DNA of 64,000 bases from Candidatus Dormiibacterota bacterium. GTDB lineage: Bacteria; Chloroflexota; Dormibacteria; Aeolococcales; Aeolococcaceae. The position numbers and the translations under genes were made by a program. Numbering within the stretch: position 1 is the stretch's first letter; each line of letters opens with the position of its first letter. The DNA is taken from contig CAVPXI010000023.1 of the NCBI GenBank assembly GCA_963709585.1, positions 32,001-96,000 on the forward strand, read 5' to 3'. Below are positions 10,936 through 21,662 of the stretch, piece by piece. The notes beneath the pieces are model-generated. The model ran no database searches and was not told where the DNA came from. It saw only the letters and a program-made list of their open reading frames with translations.

Positions 10936-11349
10936 GTGCCCCCGACCCCGGAGCAGATCGTCATCGGCATCATCGCGGTGCTCGCCGGCTGTCTGGCGGT
11001 GACCAGCTCGGCGTACGCCGGGCGGCGAACCGGGAACTGGCTGTACTACGTCTGCACGGTCGGGAGTCTCGCGTTCGTCGCGGGTGTCGTCGGCCAGCGG
11101 GTGTTCCCGAGCCCTGCCGCGATCACCCGCCTTGGGCCGGTCGCGGCCACGGGCTCCTCGCCGGGGCCATGGGATGCGGGGGTGTCATTGCCGCTGATCG
11201 GCATCAGGGTGACGCCGGTCGCGATCGTCGGGCTCCTGATCGCGGCCATCGGCCTGAGCCTCGTGCTCCTCTTCGAGCGCATCCCCAGCACGGCCCGTGC
11301 AACCGTGCCGGGGCGGACATCGCGGCTTGACGACGACGATTCGGTCTGA
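10936..11349 (+). CDS. Hypothetical membrane protein
   Basis: ORF with about 3 hydrophobic segments, in operon context. Confidence 0.6.
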   Translation: MPPTPEQIVIGIIAVLAGCLAVTSSAYAGRRTGNWLYYVCTVGSLAFVAGVVGQRVFPSPAAITRLGPVAATGSSPGPWDAGVSLPLIGIRVTPVAIVGLLIAAIGLSLVLLFERIPSTARATVPGRTSRLDDDDSV

Positions 11350-11382
11350 GCCTGCGCTGACTACAATGCCGCCCGCGCCCTC

Positions 11383-11997
11383 ATGACCCCCAACGCAATC
11401 GCGTTCTACGCCGTCGCCGTGCTCATCGTGCTTGCCGCCGGGGCCGCAGTTGGGCTTCCTTCACTGCGCCATGCCGGGTACGCGGGCGCCGCTGTGATCG
11501 TGCTCCTGGCCGTGCTCGAGCTCATTTCCGGCGCCTACGCGCTGGCTGTGGTGCAACTCGTGGTGCCCGCCGTGGCGACTGCGATTGTCACCCTGGTGCT
11601 CCGGCGTGACGCCTACCGCGGTCTGGTCGTCGTACCCCATGCGCCTGAACGTCTCTGGATCGCCGGGCCGATCGCCATCGGCGTTGCGGTGGTGCTCATT
11701 GTCACCGTGGCGGTCGTCGGATCCGGTTGGTATCCCGGGTTCCAGGGGTATGCGAAGCTCGCCCCCACCGCCGCGCTGATCACCGTGCTCCATTACCGCG
11801 CGCCGTACGCGCTCGCCATCAGCGTTGTCCTGGTGATCGTCACCGCAGCCGCCGGACTTGTCATCGGCAGGCGCAGCGCGGACGAGCAGACGCTCGACCA
11901 GCGCATCCAGCAGCGCCGCGAGCGCGAAGAGCTGGCGCGCAGGCGCCGCGCGGACCGAGAGCAGGGGCGACGGCGTCCGGCGGAGAACGACTCGTGA
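11383..11997 (+). CDS. NuoJ-like membrane subunit (divergent)
   Basis: Five hydrophobic segments in NuoJ arrangement; first gene of a J-K-L-M-N-like run. Confidence 0.6.
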   Translation: MTPNAIAFYAVAVLIVLAAGAAVGLPSLRHAGYAGAAVIVLLAVLELISGAYALAVVQLVVPAVATAIVTLVLRRDAYRGLVVVPHAPERLWIAGPIAIGVAVVLIVTVAVVGSGWYPGFQGYAKLAPTAALITVLHYRAPYALAISVVLVIVTAAAGLVIGRRSADEQTLDQRIQQRREREELARRRRADREQGRRRPAENDS

Positions 11998-12308
11998 CCG
12001 TCGGTCCGGGAGCGTTCGTGGCGCTGAGCGCCGCCGTTTTCGCAATTGGGATCTACGGGGTGCTCGCGCGCCGCCATCCGCTAGGGGTTGCGATGGCGAT
12101 CGGACTCCTGTTCGCGGCACCGGTCATCGCCCTGGTCGGGTTCACCCACGCGATCAACGTCGGACCGCCTGCCTACGGCGACGCCTTGGCCGCCCTCGCC
12201 ATCGTTGTGGCGAGCTGCATCTGCAGCCTTGGCTTTGCTTTGATCGTGCTGCTCTGGCGCCGCACCGGGCGCGCGGACATCGACGCGCTCGGCGATCGCG
12301 AGGCATAG
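11994..12308 (+). CDS. NuoK-like subunit (divergent)
   Basis: LSAAVFAIGIYGVLARR N-terminus and 3 TM; conserved Glu residues absent. Confidence 0.75.
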   Translation: MTVGPGAFVALSAAVFAIGIYGVLARRHPLGVAMAIGLLFAAPVIALVGFTHAINVGPPAYGDALAALAIVVASCICSLGFALIVLLWRRTGRADIDALGDREA

Positions 12309-12313
12309 CGGCG

Positions 12314-14345
12314 TTGACCATCTACTACGCGGCGTGGGCGATCCCCTTCCTGCCGTTGCTCGGCGCGCTCGCCTCGCTTGGGGCGGAAAGCCAGCGGCGG
12401 GCCGCGCAGCTGTGCGTCGCGTTCAGCGGTCTGTCGTTCGTCGTCGCGGCGATCGTGCTCGGCGTCCGCCTGACTCACGCGCCGGCCGCGCCATTCGAAC
12501 TCGCTGTTGACATTCTTCGCGATGAACCCACCGGAGGGCGCGGTCTTCGCAACCCAGTTCCAGGCACAGGTCGGGATCCACGTCGACGCGCTCTCGGCAA
12601 GCTTCGCGGCGGCCATCGCGTTCGCGACGCTGGTCATCCAGACATATGCCGTCAACGCGATGCGCGGCGCGCAAGGGTTCCGGCGGTTCTTCTGCGCGTC
12701 GTCGGTGCTCGGCTTCTGCACCACCGGCTTCGTGCTCAGCCCCAATCTCTTCGACTCGCTGATCCTGTGGGTGGGGGCGTCGGCGAGCCTCTACGTCCTG
12801 CTCTCATTGTCGTGGCAATATGCGGACGCGGCGCGTCGCGCGATGCGCGCGATGGTGATCCTCACCGCGAGCGACATCGCGCTCACCCTCGGCGTGGTCT
12901 TCACGTGGATCAAGTTCGGTGTCTTTTCGTCGCTGCTGCCCGCGCCTCCCGGACAGACGATCGCGGATCCCTTTTCGTTCAACGTCATCTCGCAGGGAGT
13001 GATCGCGACCCTGCATCACGGCGTGGCGAGCACCGGCCCGCGCGCGATCCTGGTCATGGGTATCGTGTTCCTGGTCGCCGCCGCCGTCCGCAGCGTGCAG
13101 TTTCCGTTCACCGTCTGGCTCACCGACGCCGCATCGTCCGCAATCCCGGTGCTCGCGCTCGCCGCGGCCACGGTCGCGCCGCTCGGGCTTTACCTCGTGG
13201 CGCGGATCTACCCGGTGGTCGCCCACGCTCCGCGAGCGCTTCCCGTCCTGGCGTTGGTCGGCGGCGTGAGCGCGGCGATCAGCGCCGCGACCGGGATCGC
13301 GCAGCGGAGCATCGCGAGAATCGCCGTGTGCGCCGTCGCCTCGGAGCTGGGGCTCGGACTCGTCGCCCTGGGGATGGGCGGATACAGCCCCGGCGTGTTC
13401 ATCGCGTTCACCTCCGTGTTCACCTCGACGCTCCTGCTCCTTGCAGTTGGCAACCTGGTGCGCGCCTATCGCACAGACGACATCAGCGAGATGGGCGGCG
13501 CGTGGGCGAAGTTGCGCACCACCAGCATCGCGCTCGTCGTTTGGGCGCTGCTCGCGGGCGGAATCGGCCTGAGCGCCTATTACGCGCTGTCGTCCGCGCT
13601 CAACGGCATCGACCCTGCCGGGGGAGTCTTCAGTGGGAGCGAGCGCGCGGTCGTGACCATCGTCACCGTCATCGCCGCGGCGCTCGTGGCGTTGCTCGCC
13701 GGTCGTCTCCTGCTCACCGTGACCTCCGGAGCGGTGACACGCCGGCGAGGATTCCAGCACGATCGGATTGCCGAGGTCGAGAACGCGTTACGCCGTCCCC
13801 TCTGGATCGCGATCGTCGCCGCAGTGGTCGCGGTGCTCATCGGGTTGCCGGGACTGCAGCCCTTCCACCTCGGCGGCGCGCGGGTCGCCGGCCTGACCTT
13901 CATGCGATTCGTGTACTACGGAAGTCATCCACAGGCGATCGGGCCTGATGGGTTGGCAGCACTCATCGCGCTGCTCAGCCTGGCGGGCGGTTTCGGCGCG
14001 GCGTATGTCGGGTTCGGTCCGGCGCGAAGAGCTGCGGCGCTTGCGGCCGGCGCTGCGCGACCCCTGCGCGTGGCCGAGCAGGGCTACTACATCGAGCGTC
14101 TCACCGAACTGGCCGCGGAGCCGCTGCTCGCGATCGCCGGGAGCGTGTCGAGCTTCGATGCGCAGGTGATCGCCCCGATCGCAGCCTCGGTGGGGGAGAG
14201 TGTCGATGACGACGCCACGCTGCTTGGAGCGTTCCGCAACGCTCGATTCGCGCGCTACCTCGCCGGCAGCCTGGTGGTCGTCACGATTCTCGCGGTGCTG
14301 TCGGTGCTCGCCGCGACCGGACATCTCTGGGTCCACCTGACATGA
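12314..14345 (+). CDS. NuoL-like antiporter subunit (frameshift near 12500; divergent)
   Basis: WAIPFLPLLGA, VDALS, RRFF, SVQFPFTVWL, DISEMGG. Confidence 0.8.
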
Positions 14346-15832
14346 GCGTCATCCTCTCGACGATCGTCTGGTCGCCGCTGTTCTTCGCGCTCATCGCTCT
14401 CTTCCTTCCCGAGCGCGATGACGACGAGCGCGCCCGGGTGCGGACGGTCGCGCTCGCGGGCGCGGGAGTGAGCTTCTTCGTGACCACATTCTTCGCCATC
14501 CTGGGGCAGATCACACTGGGCACCGGGGGCGGTCTCGCGTCGGCCTACCAGGAGAACCACACGTGGTTCGGGAACTTCCTCTTCCAGGCGCACTACGACC
14601 TCGTCGCGGACGGCATCACCCTTCCGCTGCTCGTGGTGGTGACCACCGTCTTCGCCTGCGCGATGTTCCACTCATGGAAGATCCACGAACGCGTCCGACT
14701 GTACGTGATCCTCGTGCTGCTGCTCGAGACCGCCGTCAACGGGGTGCTGTGTTCCTCGGACTTCGTTTTGTTCGTGTTCTTCTGGGGCCTGCTGCTGGTC
14801 CCGATGTACCTGCTCATCCGTATCTGGGGCGGCGACGGTGCGCGCCGGGCCGCCGCATGGTTCGCGGGATTTCACGCGGTGTCACTCGGGTTGATCATCG
14901 CAACCGTCGCGATCATCGTCGTGGAGGCGGGTGCTGGGTCCTCGGATATGAGCGCCGCCCAGACGAGCTTCCCGGTTACCGCTGAGACGGTCGGATTCTG
15001 GTTGAGCTTCGCCGGCTTCGCGATCGCGATGGCCATCTTCCCCGTGCACACCTGGATGCTCGAGGCGCAAAGCAAGGCGAGCGCCGGTGTCGCGACGATT
15101 CTTTCCGGGACGACGTTGCTGCTCGGCGCCTACGGGATGATGCGCATCAGCCTCGTCGTCTTCCCGACCGCGGCGCACTATTACTCATTCGCGATCACCG
15201 GGCTCGCTGTCGTGGGCGCGTTCTGGGGCTGCATCGGCGCCCTCCGCCAGGACGAGTTGCGCCGGTTCATCGGGTACATGAACGTTGCGCAGATGTCGCT
15301 CGTCCTGCTCGCCATCGGCGCGCAGACCTCGGTCGCGCTCGTCGGGGCAGTTCTGCTGCTCGCCGGGCAGGCATTCGCATCAGCGATGCTCACCCTGGTC
15401 AGCGGCGCGATCGAGGAGCGCACCCGGACCACGAGCATTCGCGCCATGGGCGGGCTCGTCACGCAGGCACCGCGACTCGCGGGTTTCTGGCTCGTCGCAG
15501 CGGCGAGCGTGATCGGGGTGCCGTTGCTCGCCGGATTCACCGGCGACTTCATGGTGTTCGCGGGCTCATTCCCCGGGCATCGGATTGCCACGGTGCTGGT
15601 GATGGCGAGCGTGATCGTGACCACCGGCGGTCTCCTGTGGGTCGCCAATCGCGTCTTCTTCGGACCCGTCCGCGACCAGTTCGCACGGGTGCGTGACGTC
15701 ACCCTCCTGGATCTGACCGTGCTCATCCCCCTGGTTGCCGCCGTGTTGCTGTTCGGCGTGCGGGCGGGGGCGGTCGTCCCGGTGATCGCCAACGGAGTGC
15801 TCGAGATCACCACGCGGATCGCCGGAGGCTAG
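14342..15832 (+). CDS. NuoM-like antiporter subunit (divergent)
   Basis: DGITLPL, PMYLLIRIWGG, FPVHTW, ERTRT..MGGL, P.LAGFTGDF. Confidence 0.82.
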   Translation: MSVILSTIVWSPLFFALIALFLPERDDDERARVRTVALAGAGVSFFVTTFFAILGQITLGTGGGLASAYQENHTWFGNFLFQAHYDLVADGITLPLLVVVTTVFACAMFHSWKIHERVRLYVILVLLLETAVNGVLCSSDFVLFVFFWGLLLVPMYLLIRIWGGDGARRAAAWFAGFHAVSLGLIIATVAIIVVEAGAGSSDMSAAQTSFPVTAETVGFWLSFAGFAIAMAIFPVHTWMLEAQSKASAGVATILSGTTLLLGAYGMMRISLVVFPTAAHYYSFAITGLAVVGAFWGCIGALRQDELRRFIGYMNVAQMSLVLLAIGAQTSVALVGAVLLLAGQAFASAMLTLVSGAIEERTRTTSIRAMGGLVTQAPRLAGFWLVAAASVIGVPLLAGFTGDFMVFAGSFPGHRIATVLVMASVIVTTGGLLWVANRVFFGPVRDQFARVRDVTLLDLTVLIPLVAAVLLFGVRAGAVVPVIANGVLEITTRIAGG

Positions 15833-15835
15833 GCG

Positions 15836-17323
15836 ATGACCGTGAATTTCGCGCACGCGATGACGCTGGCGCTGCTCCCCGAGGCGATGCTCGTCGGCAC
15901 GGCACTGCTCTCCGTGCTGGTTGCGGTGGTGCGGCCCGGACTCCGCCCCGATATCCATCGCTGGATGGCGTGCATCGGCCTCGCCGGGTCGCTCGCGGCG
16001 TGCGGGTTGGTGCTGCTCGGCCTCCGCAACATGCGCTCCGGGATCGCGATCACGGTCTGGAACGGCGGCTTCGTCGTCGACAGCTTTGCGCTCTTCATCG
16101 CGATCCTCGCGTGCGTGACCGCGCTCTGCACCTGCCTCATCAGCGATGCGGCCGTGCGCACTATCCCGACACGGACGAGCGCCTACTACGCGCTCATTCT
16201 CGTCTCGACAGCTGGAGCAGAGGCGATCGCCGCAGAACGTGAGATGACCACGTTCTTCGTCGCCCTCGCCGTCGTGCTTGTCTGCCTGGTCGCCCTCGGT
16301 GCGCTCGTCAAGACCAACCCGCGTGGAGCCGTCTCCTCGTTCGAGCACCTCATCGAAGGAGGCGTCGGCATCGCCACCGTGCTGTACGGGCTCGTGCTCC
16401 TCTACGGAACCACCCGGAGCACCAACCTCGCCGCGGTCGCCGCCGCCGCTCGCGCGGCTCCCGGGGCGGTCGCGCTCGGCGTGGCGCTGGTAATGCTCGG
16501 TCTCTGCGCCACGTTCGGCGTCTTCCCCCTGCGGCAGTGGGTGGGGCGCGTTGCCTTCAGCGTTCCCGCGGGCACGGCCGGGTTCATCCTGGCGATGAGC
16601 ATGATCGCTGGTGCGGGCGCGCTGGCACGCGTGACCGTCTCGGGCTTGGGTCCGGGTGTCGGGGTCTGGCGATGGCTTGTCCCCATCGTCGCGGCGGTCG
16701 CGCTCGGCGTCGCCTCACTGAGCTCACTGCGCGAGACCACGATCTCGCGCCTGATCGGCCAGCTGGTCAGTGCCCAGGCGGCGATGCTGCTGCTCGGGCT
16801 GCTCGCGTTCACGACCGGGTCGCGAGGTCTGCCCGCGTACGGGATGACCGCATTCCTCGGCGGTCTCGGTATCGCCGCGATCGCAACCGTGGCCGCGTTC
16901 GGGGTGCTCGCGATGCTCCAGGTGGCCGGGATCGGCGATGCCATCGGCGACCTTCGCGGGCTGGCCCACCGTTCCGCGCCGGCGGCGCTGCTCCTCACCG
17001 TCGCGCTGACAACCCTCGCCGGGGTACCGCCGCTCGCGGGCTTTCTCTCGCGCGTGCTGCTCATCTCGAGCGCGGCCGACACCCACTACGGCTGGCTGGC
17101 GATCGTCGCCGTCGGCGCGACCCTGCTGACGATGATCGCCGCGCTGCGGGTTGTGGCCACGCTGTACGCGGATGCCGGCGACGAGGTCCCGTTCACGCTC
17201 GGAGCCACGCCGGTGGTGTCTCGGGTCGTCGCCGGCGCGGCCTGTCTCGCCGGTGTCGGCCTGGTGGTGCTGATCCAGCCGCTGCTCGCGGTGGCGACGG
17301 CGGGAGCCGGAACACTGCGCTGA
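15836..17323 (+). CDS. NuoN-like antiporter subunit (divergent)
   Basis: LLPE, LYGLVLLYGTT.STNL, DLRGLAHRS, LAGVPPLAGF. Confidence 0.8.
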   Translation: MTVNFAHAMTLALLPEAMLVGTALLSVLVAVVRPGLRPDIHRWMACIGLAGSLAACGLVLLGLRNMRSGIAITVWNGGFVVDSFALFIAILACVTALCTCLISDAAVRTIPTRTSAYYALILVSTAGAEAIAAEREMTTFFVALAVVLVCLVALGALVKTNPRGAVSSFEHLIEGGVGIATVLYGLVLLYGTTRSTNLAAVAAAARAAPGAVALGVALVMLGLCATFGVFPLRQWVGRVAFSVPAGTAGFILAMSMIAGAGALARVTVSGLGPGVGVWRWLVPIVAAVALGVASLSSLRETTISRLIGQLVSAQAAMLLLGLLAFTTGSRGLPAYGMTAFLGGLGIAAIATVAAFGVLAMLQVAGIGDAIGDLRGLAHRSAPAALLLTVALTTLAGVPPLAGFLSRVLLISSAADTHYGWLAIVAVGATLLTMIAALRVVATLYADAGDEVPFTLGATPVVSRVVAGAACLAGVGLVVLIQPLLAVATAGAGTLR

Positions 17324-17358
17324 TCGCCCTGGAGCGCCCGTCGGGAGCGAGGCGCGAT

Positions 17359-18186
17359 ATGCCCGCCGTTGCGCTGGGCGTGATCACCACGGTCGTGCGC
17401 GTGCTCGGCCCCGCTCGCGGCATCGCCGCGGCTGCGGTGGGATCGACCTGGTACGCGCGCCTCAGCCGCGACGAGCGCGTCCGCGCCGCGGCGAATCACC
17501 ACCGCCTTCAGCCGCACCTCGACCACGCGGCGGCCGCGACACTGGCGCGGCGTTCGTACCAGGAGTACGTGCGCATGATCGTCGACTCGATGTGGGCAGA
17601 GCCGCTGGAGTTGGCCAAGGTGCTGAAGTTGTTTCGCGTGATCGGCGCCGAGCACCTCAACGTCGGCGAGCGCGGATCCATGGTCGTGCTCCCGCACTTC
17701 GGCAACTGGGACATGGCCGCGAGCGCCTCGCTCGGTCTCGGCCTGCACCTGAGCACGGTGATGGCACCGGTGGTGTCGCCGGGGATCACCGAGATGGTCG
17801 CGCTCTCGCGGCAGCGCAAGGGGCTCGAGATCTTCACGGTGCGGCAGTCCGCCCGGGGGCTGTTCCGCGCGTTGCGTCGGGGCAGGACGGTCGCGCTGAT
17901 GCTCGACGTTCCGGAGGCGGGTCCCACCGTCGTGGTGCCGTTCTGCGGCGGACCGGTGGCCTGCAGCGCTGTCCCGGCGCGTCTGGCTGCGGCCACCGGT
18001 GCGCCGATCCTCCCGGTCACGTGCCGGCGCGAAGGCCGGGGATGGGTGCTCGAGATCCACCCGCCGGTCGAGACGTCAGGGGACGATGCGGCGGTGATCG
18101 GAAGGATCGCGGCGCGCGTCGAGCCTGCCATTCGTGCCCATCCCGAGCAGTGGTATCCCTTTCACCACGTGTATGCGGATCGCTGA
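17359..18186 (+). CDS. Lysophospholipid/phosphatidylinositol-mannoside acyltransferase (LpxL-like family)
   Basis: PHFGNWD (HX4D), PARLAAATGAPI, IRAHPEQW. Confidence 0.85.
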   Translation: MPAVALGVITTVVRVLGPARGIAAAAVGSTWYARLSRDERVRAAANHHRLQPHLDHAAAATLARRSYQEYVRMIVDSMWAEPLELAKVLKLFRVIGAEHLNVGERGSMVVLPHFGNWDMAASASLGLGLHLSTVMAPVVSPGITEMVALSRQRKGLEIFTVRQSARGLFRALRRGRTVALMLDVPEAGPTVVVPFCGGPVACSAVPARLAAATGAPILPVTCRREGRGWVLEIHPPVETSGDDAAVIGRIAARVEPAIRAHPEQWYPFHHVYADR

Positions 18187-19315
18187 GCGCGACGAGCTGA
18201 CCGTGGCGGCGCGGGCGCTGCAGGTGGCCGCGGGCGCCGGGTCTGTGATGGCGACTGCCTGGGCTCCGGGGCGCTGCACGCTCGCCGGCGAGCACGTTGA
18301 CTATGCGGGCGGCCTGGTGCTCTGCCTGGCGGTCGATCTGGGGATTGCGGCGGCGGTCCGCCCGAGCGCGACGACGCGGTACCTGGCGACCAGCGGCGGC
18401 CTGACCGTCACGCGTTCCGAGGCCGAACCCGTGGGAGACATCGGAGATCGGGTGCTTGCCCCGGTGGTCGTGCTGCGCAGGCGGGGGCTCTCCGTTCCGG
18501 CGGTCGAAGTCGGTATCGCGGCGACCCTTCCGGCCGGAGCGGGCCTCGCCTCGTCTGCCGCGCTCATCGTCGCCACCACCACCGCGCTGCTGCGGATGAC
18601 GGCGATGACGATGACGGCGCGGGATCTCGCCGCGGTTGCGCTGTCCGCCGAGCGCGATGTCCTTGACATTCCCTGCGGCCCGCTCGACCAGCGAGCGATC
18701 GTCGACGCACCCGACGGCGGTGCGTTGCTCCTCGACTGCGCCACCGGCGCCGAGACGTCCGTGCAATGGCCCTGGGCCGACGCAGTCCTCGTGGGCTGCG
18801 ACACCGGGACGCATCACGACGTGGGCGGCGCAGAGTACCGGCGCCGCCGCGAGGAGACCGAGTCAGGGCTCGCGGCGCTGCATGTCGCGAGCTGTCAGGA
18901 GTTGAGCGCACCGGCCCTCGAGACGTCGGACCTCGACCCTGTGGTCAAACGGCGCCTCCGGCACGTGATGGAGGAGAGCGTGCGCGCCGCCCAGGCGGCC
19001 GCGGCACTGCGACGGGCCGATCTCGAGGCGCTTGGACACCTGATGTCGGCAAGCCATCGATCGCTCCGTGACCTGCACGAGGTGAGCACGCCCGCGCTCG
19101 ATGCGGTGGTCGCCGCGGCTGAGGCCGTGCCCGGCTGCGCCGGGGCCCGCCTGGTCGGCGCCGGCTTCGGCGGTGCCGTGGTGGCGCTGGTCACGAGACA
19201 CGCGGCCGGCGCCTGCCGAGAGGCGATGGCTGACGCGTGCGGCGGAGGGTCGACGTTCGAGCTCCGGCCTTCACCCGGGGTCGCGATTCTCGCCCCCGAC
19301 GTGGTGCAGGGCTAG
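18173..19315 (+). CDS. galK: Galactokinase (GHMP kinase)
   Basis: APGRCTLAGEHVDY, PAGAGLASSAA, CGPLDQ, GARLVGAGFGG. Confidence 0.85.
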   Translation: MRIAERDELTVAARALQVAAGAGSVMATAWAPGRCTLAGEHVDYAGGLVLCLAVDLGIAAAVRPSATTRYLATSGGLTVTRSEAEPVGDIGDRVLAPVVVLRRRGLSVPAVEVGIAATLPAGAGLASSAALIVATTTALLRMTAMTMTARDLAAVALSAERDVLDIPCGPLDQRAIVDAPDGGALLLDCATGAETSVQWPWADAVLVGCDTGTHHDVGGAEYRRRREETESGLAALHVASCQELSAPALETSDLDPVVKRRLRHVMEESVRAAQAAAALRRADLEALGHLMSASHRSLRDLHEVSTPALDAVVAAAEAVPGCAGARLVGAGFGGAVVALVTRHAAGACREAMADACGGGSTFELRPSPGVAILAPDVVQG

Positions 19316-19327
19316 ACTCGACGCCGC

Positions 19328-19954
19328 ATGGCTGGCAACGCGGCGACCGCGGCAGGCTGCGCCGCCGGGTATCTGATCGGGTCGGTGCCGTTCGGCCTGA
19401 TCGTCGGAAGGGCTGCGGGCGGCCTCGACGTTCGTGATTTCGGCAGCGGCAACATGGGAACGGCCAACGTGCTGCGCACCGTCGGCGCCAGAGCGGGGGC
19501 GGTCACCTTCGCGCTTGACGTCGCCAAGGGCGCGGCCGCGGTCGGGCTGGCGCGACGCCTTGGCGCCGACCCCGCCGCGCAGGCCGCGGCCGGGCTTGCC
19601 TCGTGTGTCGGGCATTCATGGCCGGTCTTCGCTCGGTTTCGCGGCGGCAAGGCGGTTGCGACGGCGTTCGGCGGGTTGCTCATGGTGTCGCCCGAGGCGG
19701 CGGCCTGGGCCACCTTTGGCGGAATCGGTGCGCTCGCCCTGAGCCGCACCATGTCGGTCGGGTCGCTGACCGCCGCGGGGACGGCAACGCTGGGGGCCGG
19801 CCTCGACAGCCGCCGCCGCCGCGACGCGGTGCCGTTCGTCTTCACTGCGCTGGCGTCGACGCTCGTGATCGTCCGTCACGCGCCGAACATCCGGCGGATC
19901 GCTCGTGGCGAGGAACCGCAGTTGTCGGCCCGTCTGTGGGGCGGTCGTCACTGA
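19328..19954 (+). CDS. plsY: Glycerol-3-phosphate acyltransferase
   Basis: GYLIGSVPFG, GSGNMGTANVLR, DVAKG, GHSWP.F.RFRGGKAVAT, RHAPNI.R. Confidence 0.93.
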   Translation: MAGNAATAAGCAAGYLIGSVPFGLIVGRAAGGLDVRDFGSGNMGTANVLRTVGARAGAVTFALDVAKGAAAVGLARRLGADPAAQAAAGLASCVGHSWPVFARFRGGKAVATAFGGLLMVSPEAAAWATFGGIGALALSRTMSVGSLTAAGTATLGAGLDSRRRRDAVPFVFTALASTLVIVRHAPNIRRIARGEEPQLSARLWGGRH

Positions 19955-19996
19955 TTCATCAGCGAAGCTCGGAGAACCCCTTCGTATGCTCGAATC

Positions 19997-21253
19997 ATGA
20001 AAGGCGCTCACGTTCCGAACGCCCGCATTCCCGCTGAAAGCGCGGTGGATCGAGTCGGCGCCGTGGCGCGCGCCCTGACCAGCACGGCAGGCGGCGTGCG
20101 AGAGCTGCAGCGCCAGGTCGTCCGCACTGCGGCGTCGATCGCCGGCGACCGGGCGGCCGCGGCGATGGCTCTGCGCGAGGGCGAGCACCTGAGCGTCAGG
20201 GTCGTCGACTCGGACCGCCCCGGGCTCGACGCATTCGCGGGGTGGGAGGCTGACCCGGAGGTGATCGCCGGGCACAGCGTCAGACGGGTGGTGCGCGGTC
20301 GGGGATCGTTGCTGGTACTGCCGATGTCGTACGAGGATGAGCTGGTGGGAGCGCTCGCGGTCATGTCCCCGTCCGGCCAACCCAGCCTGGATGGTGACGT
20401 CGAGGCTGTTCTGGCCATCCTTGCCAGCAACGCGGCGATCGCGATGGAGAATGCGCGCCTCTTCGAGTTGGAGAAGGAGACGGTTCGCCGTCTCCGTGAG
20501 CTCGACACCATGAAGACGGATTTTCTCTCGACCGTTCAGCACGAGTTGCGCACCCCGCTGACCGCGATCATGGGATTGAGCGACCTCATGGAGATGTGCT
20601 GGGAGGTCTGGGAGGACTTACCGAAGCTCGATGCGCTGCGCGACATCCAGGTCGCCGCCAACAACCTCGACGGCATCGTCGAGACCATCATCGATTTCTC
20701 GGTGGGCGAAGGCGAGGCCGTGGTCCTGGGACTGACCGACGTTCCCCTGGGGGATGCGGTTCGATCCGCGATCGGCGTGGTGAGTGATCGGCACAAGGGC
20801 GGACTTCCTGTACCGGCCGAGGTCGAGGTGGACCCCGGCATCACCGTGCTCGCAGATCCCGATCGCCTCGGGCAGGTGTTGCGCGCGCTCATCGACAACG
20901 CCGTGAAGTTCAGCGACGGCCACGGGGGCGTGGTGGTGCGCGGCACGCGCGTTGATCCGGATGGCGTTCTCGTCGAGGTCATCGATGAAGGAATCGGCAT
21001 TCCCGCCGACGACGTTCCCCGTATCTTCGAGCGGTTCTTCCAGGTGAACAACACCGCCACCCGCCGCTTCGGGGGCACCGGCATGGGGCTCGCCCTGGTC
21101 AAGCGGGTGGCGGAGGCGCACGGCGCCACGATCGATGTCGAGACCGGCGTGGGATCCGGGACCCGGATCTCGCTGCGCTGGCCGGAACGCGGCGCGGCGT
21201 CCGCGGAGCTGCGCGACCATGAGCCGACGGCGTCCCCCCTGCCCGTACAATGA
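19997..21253 (+). CDS. GAF-containing sensor histidine kinase
   Basis: HELRTPL H-box, LIDNAVKF, DEGIGI, IFERFFQ, GGTGMGL. Confidence 0.92.
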   Translation: MKGAHVPNARIPAESAVDRVGAVARALTSTAGGVRELQRQVVRTAASIAGDRAAAAMALREGEHLSVRVVDSDRPGLDAFAGWEADPEVIAGHSVRRVVRGRGSLLVLPMSYEDELVGALAVMSPSGQPSLDGDVEAVLAILASNAAIAMENARLFELEKETVRRLRELDTMKTDFLSTVQHELRTPLTAIMGLSDLMEMCWEVWEDLPKLDALRDIQVAANNLDGIVETIIDFSVGEGEAVVLGLTDVPLGDAVRSAIGVVSDRHKGGLPVPAEVEVDPGITVLADPDRLGQVLRALIDNAVKFSDGHGGVVVRGTRVDPDGVLVEVIDEGIGIPADDVPRIFERFFQVNNTATRRFGGTGMGLALVKRVAEAHGATIDVETGVGSGTRISLRWPERGAASAELRDHEPTASPLPVQ

Positions 21254-21255
21254 GC

Positions 21256-21529
21256 GTGGTCGCGCTAGGCGGGGCGTTAGCGGTGCCCTGTACCCGCAAT
21301 CCGCTATAGCGGGGCTGAATTCCCCACCGAGGGGGCGCGTCATTGGGTCTGCTCCGGACGCGCCGGCGTTGACGACTGGGTCCCGCGCAGCTCGGGCCCG
21401 TGAACCCCGTCAGGTCCGGAAGGAAGCAGCGGTAAGCGGTTCCCCGGGGGTGCCGTGGGGAAACCTGGTCTGAGCCGGTCGTACGGGTGAGCGCTGGTGG
21501 CGTGCCGACGACGTGGGGTGCGCGACTAC
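21256..21529 (+). ncRNA. ffs: Signal recognition particle RNA, large (Alu-domain) bacterial type
   Basis: Conserved S-domain GTCAGGTCCGGAAGGAAGCAGC, Alu-like 5' part, terminal stem GTGGTCGCGC/GCGCGACTAC; upstream of dnaX. Confidence 0.92.
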
Positions 21530-21662
21530 CCTCGTTTTCCGGGCGACCCGCCGTTACGGGCGGTTCGCCGTCATTGCGACAATGCCGCCTGCTTCGGGTG
21601 ACCATCGTGGAGGACTCGCGCGCCTTGGATCGCTTGACCGGCCGGTGGTGGGGTGCCCCATC

